NCBI RefSeq assembly: GCF_002105155.1
Contig: NW_019028999.1
Span: 496,001-560,000 of the forward strand
Source: Lobosporangium transversale
Lineage: Eukaryota
Length of the DNA stretch: 64,000 nt
Direction of reading: 5' to 3'
Both the position numbers and the translations under genes were made by a program. The notes below the pieces were generated by a model. The model was not told the DNA's origin. It made no database searches and was given only the letters and a program-made list of their open reading frames with translations. Below, piece by piece: positions 26,499 to 38,337 of the stretch (position 1 is the stretch's first letter; every line of letters starts with the position of its first letter).

Positions 26499-29314
26499 CA
26501 ATTGACAGTACATTTGGATCCGTTGTTTTTAGCTTATGTGTCACATCCTTCGATACCAAAGATTCTTCCCTCAACCGTCAAGACTGTATTAAACCCGTTT
26601 GTTGGATCAGAGGTCAACTTGCATGCGGTTTTTACCTATACACCGTTATCGATTGCTTGTCGTTTGGGACATGTTGAGGTAGCTAAATTGCTTATCCACA
26701 ATGGTGCTAACCTGGATGCTCAGGACGAGGATGGGGAGTCATGCTTGATCATTGCTGCAAAGAATGGTCATGTTGAATGCGTGAAGCTACTAATTACTGG
26801 GAACGGGTATGCGAAAGGCGCTAATCTTGAGCTCAGGGAACGTTATTACGGATGGACAGCTCTTCACCTCGCAGGTTCGTAATGCATTTTCAAACAGGAA
26901 AGCAGAAAATGCTTTCTTTTTTTTTTTTTTTTTTTCGTGCCTATTGTTATAAGGAAACTAGCTTTGATACTGAAGTTTGATAATTGAAACTTGTAGCAAT
27001 CGAGAATCATCCTGAGGTTATTAAGGTTTTGCTTGCAGCTGGAGCCAATCCCAATGTTTACGATTTTTCATCATGGAGCCCACATGAGTATGCTGTCTTT
27101 GCTGCCAATAATGCTTGTGCTGCTCTTCTTCGTCCTGTGACTCTCAGTCTGGACGAGCGTCTACGCCTGCAAAAGCAGAACGCCGGAAGTGACGCAGCGC
27201 ATGCAAGCCCCATCTCGGTTTCGCAGCCCATGCTCTCTAGTCCTTCTGCAGGGACCTCTGGATCAAGCTCACCAAACTCACAGAAACTCGAAAAAGGCGA
27301 GTCACCGCCAACGTCAGCTGGAAAGAGCAGCAGCAAATCATTGAAGACAGCTCAGCGCGTATACGGACATAAGTATCTAGAAGATGAATCACTAATTGTT
27401 GTTACGCTGGGCTCTAATGACGCTCGCAGTACCGTGGAGCCTGTTGAGCTCTATATAAGCGGTGACAGTCATTCGTTTTTGACAGCCAGTACAGCATTTT
27501 CATTGGAAATTACGGCGGAGAATGCTACAGCAGGCGAGAAAGCCATCATTGACTTGCCTCTTAAGGATTCAAGTTATCACGATCAGATCGTTTTTTATGC
27601 ACCAAAGCCTGAAGACACTATCCTTAACTTTTCAGTTTACCCCACCTTTGGACCTTCAAGCAACAAGCTGGTCGGACGCGGCACAGCAATTCTCTCCAGC
27701 TTGGATAATCTTCGCAAAGACGTCAGGAACCAGCATCCAGAGATGACTTCCCTCCAAGGGATGAATATGACAGTACCTATCTTTGGTGTGGAAAAGATGA
27801 ATATTATTGGACGTGTTAGAGTTGAATTTACAGTTGTGCGTCCTTTCAAACATGAGAACCTCAAAGTCGGAAGCAAGCACACATATTGGAAGAGCTTGAC
27901 TACAACAGTAAGTGATACTCGAATGTATTACAGAATATAAAGCTTTTTATTTTTTTTTATTTTTTTATTTTTTATTTTTTATGTATATTGTTGACATCTA
28001 ATCCGACAAAAATACCCAATCCCGAATAGGTCATTGGTCATCGCGGCCTTGGAATGAACCGTAAGGTATCAAATCTTCAGCTCGGCGAGAATACCCTGCT
28101 TTCTTTTGTTACAGCCGCTTCTCTTGGGGCAGAATATGTGGAGTTTGGTATGTCCCCGCTCGTCGTGGTATTGTATGTGTGTCATTCGCCAGTCGATGAG
28201 GGCTATGGAATTGCTGACCTGAAAAGGTTTATTCCTTGTAATAGATGTTCAGATGACGAAGGATATGGTGCCTGTTTTATACCATGACTGGACAGTAACC
28301 GAGACTGGATTGGATATTCCTGTTAGCTCCATAACGGTAGAACAGTTCCAGAATCTCTCCAAATCAAAATCACGTAGTCATGGTAACAGTTCTCAGCCAG
28401 TCTCACCCAGACCTGGTGCCCCGAAACAAGCTACTCCTGCTTCACCATCTTCAGTTAGTCTAACTGTAGTGAAACCTGAGCTTGTGAGGAGGTCCACTCA
28501 TGATTCTGAATCAGACCCCCATAAGGAAAACCAACCGCGACTTGTTCGATCTAACAGTTTGGGCGCAATGGCCAAGATGAGGGCTCAGACAGCAGTATCT
28601 GAGCCTGCTAAGCCCGGAGCCAAGATGAAGGGCAATGGTCTGGGAACAATTCAGGCGCCATTCGCTACATTGAAAGATACGTTTGAGGTAGGATATCTAT
28701 TAACATTGACGATGACAAATGCAGGATTTATTCATAATTTGATATGTACAGTTCGAGCTCATGACTTTACACATTTTCATGTTTAGACTGTTCCAACGAA
28801 TATTGGATTCAATATCGAAGTCAAGTATCCCATGCTGGACGAAGCAGAGGATGCCAACATCCCTTTATATGCTTTTGAGATTAACCGATTTGTGGATCGG
28901 ATTTTAAAAGAGGTCTACGACCACGACCAAACACATCCCAACCGCAACATCATCTTTTCATCCTTTCACCCTGATATTTGTCTTTTGCTCAATATGAAAC
29001 AGCCAAATTATCCAGTGTTCTTTCTGACGGATGGAGGTACAAGCGTAGTAGCCGATCGTAGATGCAATTCTATTCAAGGAGCTGTCCGTTTCGCAACATC
29101 AATTGACCTGTTGGGAATTGTTACCAACAGTGCACCAATCATTGAAGCACCCAACCTGGTCAAGGCTATTAAAGAAACAGGTTTGCTGGTGTTCACTTAT
29201 GGAATAGATAACAATGATGTGGAGAACGCTAAACTTCAACGACGACATGGAGTTGATGCTGTAATTGTCGACTGCGTCTTGGCCGTGCGAAAGGGCCTTC
29301 AGCAAACAGAATAG
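23939..29314 (+). CDS. GDE1: SPX-ankyrin-glycerophosphodiester phosphodiesterase (multi-exon)
   Basis: MKFGK start, LDREVEKVNNFF (SPX), ankyrin repeats GRRPLHYAA / GWTALHLA, GDPD motifs IGHRGLG, LGENTLLSF, EYVEFDVQ, FNIEVKYP, IIFSSFHPD, GVDAVIVD. Confidence 0.95.
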
Positions 29315-29380
29315 TCATTTTAGAGTGAGTTGCTAGAAGGCAAGTCGTGTAGCTACCTAAATTGGCAAATCACTTTATAT

Positions 29381-29416
<36 letters not shown>

Positions 29417-30499
29417 CGGCAGCTGTCTTAATAATGAACGTTAGATTTAGAGTATAACAATAAAGCAGTAAAACTAGAGATGGGAAGAATTTTGTCTGAA
29501 TTTGCCTCTTCCTTTATTAGTACTAGAAAGAGAAGCGCCAGGCCTATGAAGGAGGAAAGCAAGTTCTTAACGAAATAGGCTACATTTGTCTGAAGAAGGG
29601 CTGATCTTTACCTCATTACAAGAGAGGTGTATCTGTCCTAATTCAGAAGTAACAAACTGGTGCCGTGTTTCATCCAGGTGTATTCCTCGTCAATGACCTT
29701 TTAGATTAAAATTGTATAATAGTATTATGTTACATACATCCAAGTAAGAAAAGACAAGCTTATGACGACACGCAGTTAAGCCCTGGTCTTGATGGCATTA
29801 ATGGAATGAATGACTCATGAATAAGCGAAAGTAGGTAATTTCTAACTCGTTATATTTATTATTCATTTTTGTGCACACAACCATTGCAGTGATGCATTAG
29901 TTTCCCTAAATTCTTAAGCAAGACTTTGTATTTGGTACAGCTTGCCATACAATTATCGTAATGTTGCAAGATAAAGAGGTATCCTAAACTTACATAATCT
30001 ATTAAATAGGCTCACGCTTGAAAGCTTGAAGCCTATGAATCTTTCTACAACCATGCCTATCATTAAAGAGCTCACAAGAGAAGGGAGAACGACCACTTAA
30101 CCATGTGGTGATAGATGAATGATAGTAGTGATCTTTTCCTGTACAGCTCGGCAAGACTTGATTTGTCACATCATTTACTTGCTCGTCTTCTTGCGTTCCC
30201 TTGATGTATCTGGGTTGGTAAACACTGCTAGTAGAGTTTGTTGGGCCTGTTGAAACCAGAGGGAGCCACAGCAACATATCATACCCAAGGTGATACAAAT
30301 ATCTCTGTTGGAGTGAGTGGTGAACTGTGTGTGGTTCAGATGTAGTGGACATAAACGGCGAAAGAATGCATCGAAAGGATGTGAGCGGTTATGAGAGCAA
30401 GGAAGAAGGGGTTGCTATGCCTGTTCAAGTCTTTGGCAAGAGAGTATGAATAGCAGTTGTGATCACGAGTTGATTTCGGTGAGTCCGCATAACAATGGT

Positions 30500-32462
30500 A
30501 TAGTTTCTAGACCCTATCTTCCACGTACAGCATGGCATTATTGTTGTTTTCAGACCTGGCACCAATCATGCGAGGTATTTCTCTTTCTGAGGGTTCCTTG
30601 TGTTAAACAGCCAGACAGAAAGCTTAGAAGAGATACAGACACAACGGTGAAAAAAATGTATGTGAGCAAACAGTTGCTGTGTTTATTTGTTGTCTGCACA
30701 TGCCTTCTTTCATCGCGGGCTTTTTTTTTATTGTTTCGCAAATCTTGTTTCCTTTTTTGTTCGTCAATCACTGTGTGCAGCTGAAGCATCTCTTTAGTTT
30801 CTGTACATGTATAAACACATTTTACATCGTGGCGTCTTTTTTTGTTCAAAACACAAGCGTTTTCCATTGGTGCTTCCAAACAAACTTTATTTTGGCGGCC
30901 ACTCCACAATCCAGGACAAGGATCAGCTGGCAACAGGCCTTAACTCTGTCTTCGATGTCTGTCTGTGTGCATATGAAGCGGACCCATGTATAGGGTGCCA
31001 TAATGAGGAGAATGATAGGATCGTGATGTCCCAAGACTCTGATTTTTTTGCGTACGAATGAGTCTGCTTCCTAGTGGGACCCCTTCCGCGCCGTAGACGG
31101 AAGTTTGGGGTTTACGATGTAGACAACGTTATCCAAGCACTAAGACTGCCATCACACGCGCATCTGGTGTTATTCTGTGCCATCGCAGGCAATGACTACT
31201 CAAGGAACCTCGAGACGTTAGGCCCGGTTAATAATCTTCGATTAATTCGAAACGTTGCGTGGAACGAGAACTACAATAAAATGCTTCGGGACTACCTAAG
31301 GGAAGCTAGTAAGGTGTTGGGAAGGAACGCAGCCTCTGAAGAAGGCCGTTTCAGAGTAGCTCTCCGCATTTTTACTTCCGACCATCAAACGTCGGCCCAA
31401 GCGCTACCATTGAACAATGAGTTCGATAACTTCAAGCAGCGTCTACTCAATGGAAAGGATCTTCGTCATAGAATGACTCAGCAAAGGCGAGCGCAGCGTC
31501 GCAGAACGTAAGGAAGCTCAAGCTATAGTTTTGACCTTGAAACCAAACGTCCCCAATACTAATCGTTAGTCCTTTTCTTGGATAATGTAGAGACACACCA
31601 TCATTCTATATAGTGAAAGGGTCACATAGGAACCAGTTCCGGCCCATCTTTTCTGACAAGGCGAGCATATTGAATGGGCGCACAGTTGATATCAGTAACT
31701 GCCATCAGCACGATAGGCCGGGCCTTAAGCATCCACCACGTCGGAAAAAGGCAAAAAAGAAGCAACAGAAAAAACAAAAGCGGAAGCACAAAGGCAAGAA
31801 GCCCCACAGGGCTAAAAAAGAAGGTGCACCAATTAGGGACTTGAAGGATGCTACGAAGGTTGATCACAGCTACAGCAGTAAGCACCTTATCAAGGCCTTA
31901 ACAATTGGGTCCCTTAAGGCCTCCATGGCAAGGAAAGGCGGACTGGACGCAGATGAAAGGGATAGTATTGCAAGCCAGATCCGAGGGGCTGTTGTTGCCC
32001 TCAACCGACTACGCCGCTATGCACACTGAGCGATTGCCTTGGACATTGAGAGGATCATGCGGTTACCAGGGGCAGCAAGGTCGAGGAAAAGGCACTGGAC
32101 GAGGTCTTTGATAGCAATGATTATTCCTTCCGTCTCGCCACCCTTCTTTTAAGTGGTCAAGGTGGCCCCAATTCAGCTTACGCGAGGGCAAAAAAACAAG
32201 GAAAGGCGGTAGAAACGCCCCATTATCTCCTCGCTTATGAACATTTCAAGGCCACCACTGAACTTTCCCCAATAAAGGAAATAGACATCACATTGGGGGA
32301 CGCGCAAGGCTTTGATCCCAAAAAGATCTCATTTCCAAGAGCGTCAGAGCTACTAATGGGCCAAGTACAGACATCATTAAGGCAGCACTACAGGAACGCA
32401 ATGGTGTAGCTTGTGTAAGGTATTTTCATGCATATTCTGCAATCAGATGCTCTTTATTCAGA

Positions 32463-32494
<32 letters not shown>

Positions 32495-33982
32495 CTAGTT
32501 TGATGTCGAGAAGACAAACGAAGATATGAGCGACATTGAGTTTTTTTTTGCGGGAGAACAAAAAAGTGAAAAAATACTCAGACTTTCCTACGCTCTCCTG
32601 GTCACCCGGGTATGTGTATCTGTCTGAACACGCCCTAGTTGACATCCTCTGGGCGAACGAAGATATCAAGCAGCTACTGGAGCGTATTCTGCCTCTCGAC
32701 AATCCTTCCAAGACTGCAATGTTTGAGTGTGTACAGGGAACAAAAGGGTTTTGATTCAGGCTCTCTTTTGTGACATTGGAGGCGATCGCATGGTTCTTGG
32801 ATATCAAGACAAAGTATCCCTGCAGTCACAGGACAAAGATCTAACTCGGTTCAAACTCAAAGGAACGATTTCTACCAACGGTCTAGTTCTGAATCTACTT
32901 GCCTATGACACAACCCAGACGAAGAGACAGCAGCAGTCTGACATAGATGAAGAAGACCCCAGCCAAGAACTGGAGCTTTCTCATGGATTTTTCAACACGA
33001 CGTGTTCAAAGGCAGCCGGTGAAGACCTGACAGATGAAGACTACGCAAACATAAACTGGAAGAGGAGCTCCAAACTGCTTGAAAACGTTGAGCTCACATT
33101 CAACAAACCAGGGCGGTGCCCATCCGCAAACACCACAACTATCGTCGGATGCGATCCTGGTATTGTTAATGCCCTTATGTTCTCCTCCCTGGATCCTCAC
33201 AACCCTAACTTGCGGCAAACGGTAAAGGTGAGAAGCAGGTTCTTGTACTTCCCCGCCCTCCGCTTCAATCACCTGTTGAACAAAAGGAAGCGTGAAAAAG
33301 GAATGATTGAGGTTGAGAACGTCATCCCTGTGTTTGGAAGGGATACGTACAATGAGTACTTTCAATGGATGAACGAGGAGTCTTAGACACAGATAGGATC
33401 AAAGAATTTGGATGTGCTTCAAGAATTCTACGAGTCCAGATGGCACCTGAAAAAAAAATGGGACCTACGAAAGGCTCAACGAGCTACGTTCGACTACGCG
33501 GTACAGCGAGTGTTGAAGATGCTCGGGGAAAAAAGGAGTGCTTGTCGTCGGCCTAGGGTCCTTTGAAAGTAGTAAAGGAGTTCCCAGCAAGCACACTGCT
33601 ATAACGAGACACCTTGTAACACAGGTATGGCTTTTTTTAAAAAAGTAAGAAAAGCTGGAAAGCCAAAGAACCCTTGCTAATAAACGACTGCCATTTGAAA
33701 CGCTTAGGTCAAAGCACGAGGACACTTCGCTGTAGGAGCGCACGAATTTTACACCAGCGCCCGCTGTCCCCGACCCCGACCCCTCTGCGATAGCTTTTTA
33801 GAGACGGTGTACCTCGCTCTAAATATTGCCGGGCATGTAAGGTATTCTTCGACCGTGACGCAGTAGGGGCGGAAAACATCGCAAGAATCGGCCTTGCTCA
33901 AATTGAGAGGCAAGAGAGGCTTGCAAAGTACAAGCCCACGGAAGAGTCGCCTGCTCCGGCTGTAAAGCGCGCACGACGCTAG
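30500..33982 (+). pseudogene. Decayed spliced gene fusing an XPG/FEN1-like PIN nuclease domain to a Fanzor1 (TnpB-derived) RuvC nuclease
   Basis: PIN/XPG-I motifs YEADPCI, MSQDSDFF and AGNDYSRN. Fanzor motifs LKGTISTNG, IVGCDPG (D at 33153), HEFYTSARCP..C (E at 33744), YCRAC and FDRDAVGAENI (D at 33857). Introns at 31508-31590, about 32403-32498 and 33625-33707. Internal stops and frameshifts are present. The 5' boundary is approximate. Confidence 0.85.
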
Positions 33983-34178
33983 ACACAAGTATTTGGGTGC
34001 CGGCACACCCACAAAAAATTTGTAAGTTCTGTTTATTTTCGTCTCCTGTATCCTCTCTAATCTTTTGCCCCTGAATTTCTGGACTAACTTTAAAAACCGT
34101 ACAGATCAACAGATACCGGAACAACAATCTAGTCGATCATAATGGCATGTACCTTGACGGTGCTCAGTGCCTTGGGGG
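33980..34178 (+). ncRNA. Candidate Fanzor omegaRNA scaffold / element right end (copy 1)
   Basis: Directly downstream of the Fanzor stop. Shares TAGACACAAGTATT..GGCACA with copy 2. Hairpins GGGTG/CACCC and GGCA-GTACC/GGTGC-TGCC. Confidence 0.45.
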
Positions 34179-34567
34179 AACTTGAAAAATAAAATTACTT
34201 TTTTGACAGTTCTGTTGCCATGGTGCACTTTGTCCAATAATAAATGAAAATGGAGCCCATTATTTTATTTGCCACTGGAATGTTGTATGGAACAGTGGCG
34301 ATGCACTCAATGCTTGGGACGATGTGCCGCAGCCGAAGCATTGAGGGTCTAGCCTCGATTTTAATATTCCATCAATGGTTAGATTTATCAGGACGACAGA
34401 TCTTAATTGTAATTCTCAAGGAGGGCTCTTGCCAATGTTGTGAATATAAAAGAGTACTTTCCCTAACTTGGGTAAAAAAGAAAAGTTTGAAAGTGAACTT
34501 CATCCTTTTCAAGAAGAACTCCAGCCCAAGAAGTCCAATATTTTGAAATCACTGAAGATTTGAAAGA

Positions 34568-37500
34568 ATGTCAAGTAATGACAGTAATAGAAATGACCCC
34601 CGGTTCAATCAGAATCGCTCATTCCAACAGAATTCATCATTTCGCCCGCCCATCCCAGGTCATCCTTTATCAGGTCAAGTTCACGGTACCTTTCAAGTAT
34701 CTTCTGGAGGACATCCTATATCACCTAGCAGATTTCCAGGTCAGCAACCACCAGTATACCAGCCGCATCAATTTGTAAACCCCGGTAACCGGCCTATACA
34801 AGGCGCGCCTCCTGCGGTGCACCAGCCCCACCAATTCCATAATATACACCATCAGCATCACCAACAGTTTCATCAACGACCAGCGGCTCCTCCATTTCAT
34901 AACGTAATTCATGGTCGGGATGTCTTTCCAGTCCGAACATCCAGCGGTAGTAGCAGCCCTGTCTCTCTCATGAGTCCAACACAGACACAACCTCCTACCC
35001 GCAAGTTGCCCCCCGTCCCTACGGATCTTGATACTGCTCACACTACTGCCAGCAATACTAGAAGGGATGCCAGCAGCAACAGTAGCGATAGTGATTCTGA
35101 CTACGATCCATCCAAGCCTGTAAGCATTGACGAGGTCAAACAGCATATTGACAAATTACAGAGCGAAATAGAGGGCACCTCACATCAAAGGCCCTACAAC
35201 AAGGGCCTTGACATGACTGTTGTGGCTGCAGCTGTAGCAACCGTGGGGTCTACGGCATTTAGCCAAGGTGTTGCAGCTGCCAGTAAGGTGTTAGACAGCA
35301 AGGCGAACGAACTTGTTGTCAACATTGAAAAGAATCCAGCCTTGAGCCATCTGATTCAATTGGCAGACAAACTTGTGGATGTTGGCAAGGTGGTTCCTTT
35401 TATTGCACCAGCTTTTGTCATCTTAAAGGTAAAGCTGGTTACCCATTGAAATATTAATGGACTATACAAAGCCTTTTCTTTCATCTTCGCTCGCTGACAG
35501 TTTCATAAAAACCGTTTGAAAACTTTGTTTAGATCATCATTGATGTCGAGCAAAAGGCCAGGGATGTTGATGCAAAGTGTACAGATCTTCTGGAGCGGAT
35601 CAATTTCATGGTTAGCAATCTCACTGTACTGGAAAAGATCCCGATTAATGACTCCATCAAAGTTGTAATTGACAAGACGAACAATACGTTGAAGCAGGCT
35701 GCGTCGCTCATTCAGACATATCGCAAGCAAGGTACCATTGCAAGGCGCTTGAACATGAGCAATAGTCAGAACTTCATTCAGATGGCAGTCGATATTACAA
35801 CTTGTACACAAGATCTGATGCTGAGTCTGCAGATCCAGCAGACAGGGGATCTTTCTGTTCTCACTAGAGCGGTTCCTTCTGATACTAAGGATGATGAAGC
35901 AAGACTGTTTGTTCAACAGCACGGTGGTCATTCTGTTGTCATTGTAAGCTTTTCTTCTTTTTGAACACTACCTTATTCACATTATACCTTTGTTTTTATG
36001 AAACAGAGAATGGGGATGAGGATAGCTATGGACTTTAACGCATGTTGCCACTTAATGTAAACCGTTTTGTAGAATAGCCCAGAGCTAGTAGAAGAGTTTG
36101 CAAAAAAGATGCACTTGACCATGAGTGATCAGGTTATGGAGCAAATGCAGTCCAACATGGAGGATCTCATGGATGAAAATCAGACCAAAATCGAAGCGCT
36201 TCTCAAAGAGAATTCATCCAATGTTGTTGCAGAGACCATTAAAGTCTTGGCCACTCAGATACGTGGAAACGACGCAGAACAGCGGTTGACATGCGTTCAG
36301 TGCGACAAGGAGTATCAAGAATCAGCAAACGGCCCTGCGGCGTGCTCATTTCACAAGAGCATGGAGCAGGGTGGTTCATACTCTTGCTGTGGCAAGAAGT
36401 CGCCTTGTACTTATTCCTCCCATCGCTCAGCTCACCATTGCGAGTACCCTTACACAGCTTTCTACGATTTTGCCTTTGCAATCTCGGGCTACACCGACAC
36501 GAAGGAAGAGTGGGCAGAGATAGAAGAGGAAGATATGTTGACTGGTACGGTTCAGAAGGCGTGTGTGAGTAAGCTGCTGCGTTGGCGCAGTCACCACGAA
36601 CGGATCAAGAAACCAATGATGATCATTCATGTTGGTCGTGTCAGCTATGATAATCCTTACTACTTCCAGGCCTTCGGAGTCGATGACATCAAGGCGACCA
36701 ATGCGTCTATCCGTAAGACGGGCACATCCCTGATTTTTAGAACGACCCTAGATAATGATGCGTATGCAATGGCTGAATGGGTTATAGATCCGTCCGGAAT
36801 GATCAATGGAATTAAGATTTCCTGCAAAGTTGCTACCAGCGAGTCTGCAACCACTAAGCTAGTCCCTCTGGACATCGAGACAGTCTCTCCATCGGGTGAG
36901 ATTCAGACCCTGTCCAAAGTGACCTTCAAGGTCTACAGGCCTGCGGAGCCTTACAAACTGCCAGAGATCCGCTATGTTGGCCACACTTTACCCATGACTC
37001 CTCTTCGAGAGGTTCGTCAGTTCAAAGTCAGGACAAAATTGCCGATCGTTATGATCCCTGAAGGCAAGATGAAGGCAAACGGGGATGGAGGGTTTGTTCG
37101 CAGAGACGCAGACAAGTTCAAAAGTATGATTCGTATCTTTAACAAGACTCCGCCCAGTAGCCAAACATATGTCACGTTGGCCTCTTGCAAAGCCGAATAT
37201 CGTATTATAGGCGAAAAAGAATATAAGGAGGTCAATGGGTTGGATCTGGGCGGTATTAAATTTCCAGTCTCCATTGGGCCTATGCAATCAGCTGATATTT
37301 CATTTGAGGCTATTGTACTCCGCACACAAGAGCAAGCGGCTTTGATGCTAAGTTGCTGGGACTGGGCCTTGGTTGCGCTCCATAGTCCCATTCGTATCCG
37401 CTTGACGTTTACGGACATCGAGGGTGAAGAATGCTCGTTCATCCAAGAGTATATTCATCAGCCTTCGCTTCATATGGCAGTCAAAAATGAAGAAAAGGAC

Positions 37501-38178
37501 CTGCTTTTTCTGTATATCGACAATATGCTTGAAGGAACCCGCAGCGCCATCCGTGTTTCTAAACCCAATGACTCGGACACCGTTGTCGATGTCAATGGGA
37601 CTAAATACACAATCGCAGAGTTGAACAGAATTGTGTACAAGGCTGAAAAGGATGGCATCACAGAGGTGCTTCTGGATTGCGGACGGAGTTCTGAAGAATA
37701 CAAATGGGATGCTTGGGCACTAGTTGATTTGAGCTGTCGACGAGTGTATGCGTTCAAGATTCTTCTATCTGAAGGATACTCTAGGTCTAAGAAGGTGGCC
37801 GCTGCACTCGGGTATGCATTATGTCCACTTTATGGTGAAGAAGATGGAGTTGCAATTGAAGAAAGGCCTATTAGATATGCGGATGAGAAATCCACCTTTC
37901 CAGATCTTGAATCCCAAGAAGTCCCTGCAATTATGGTAGATGATGATGTCGATGATGATGTCGATGGTAAAAAGGAGCCTGCCATTGCTATTGCAACCGC
38001 AGCTTCTTCATCTGTCGCTGCTGCAATCTCGGAAGTGGTTAAGGTGACAAGTTCATTGGATACTGCAACCTTTTTGAGTAGTATGGCAAGTCTGGAAAAG
38101 CGAATTGAGTCGTTGGATACGAATGTTGCCCGCATGGCTACTGCATTGGAGAAACTAGTGGACATTTTGGGATCTTAA
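34568..38178 (+). CDS. Uncharacterised 3-exon protein: P/H/Q-rich N-terminus, putative four-helix-bundle (MLKL-N-like) domain, CHORD-like Zn motif
   Basis: Three ORFs joined by GT-AG introns (about 35429-35532 and 35944-36072). Motifs VPFIAPAFVILK..KCTDLLERI and CxxC..N..ACSFH..YSCC..C..H. Confidence 0.8.
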
Positions 38179-38337
38179 TATTGTGACTTATAACTCAAGT
38201 AAGCTTTCAACTGTTTGCATCCAACCTGTCTACAAAGCTGAAGGTTGACTATTGTTTTGCTTGTTCATATCTTTAAAGCCTCTTAGATCATAATAAAAAG
38301 TATTTTGTGAAGGAAGGAAAAAGCGTACGAATGATAT

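Noticed and set aside
29400..30500. Left end, TSD or transposase for Fanzor copy 1
   Set aside because: I could not find a copy of the sequence following 34178 or any transposase motif. ORF 30002-30352 has no recognisable family.
31059..32029. Selenocysteine or stop readthrough at the in-frame TGA codons of the PIN-Fanzor gene
   Set aside because: A TAG stop and several frameshifts also occur, so pseudogenisation is the simpler explanation.
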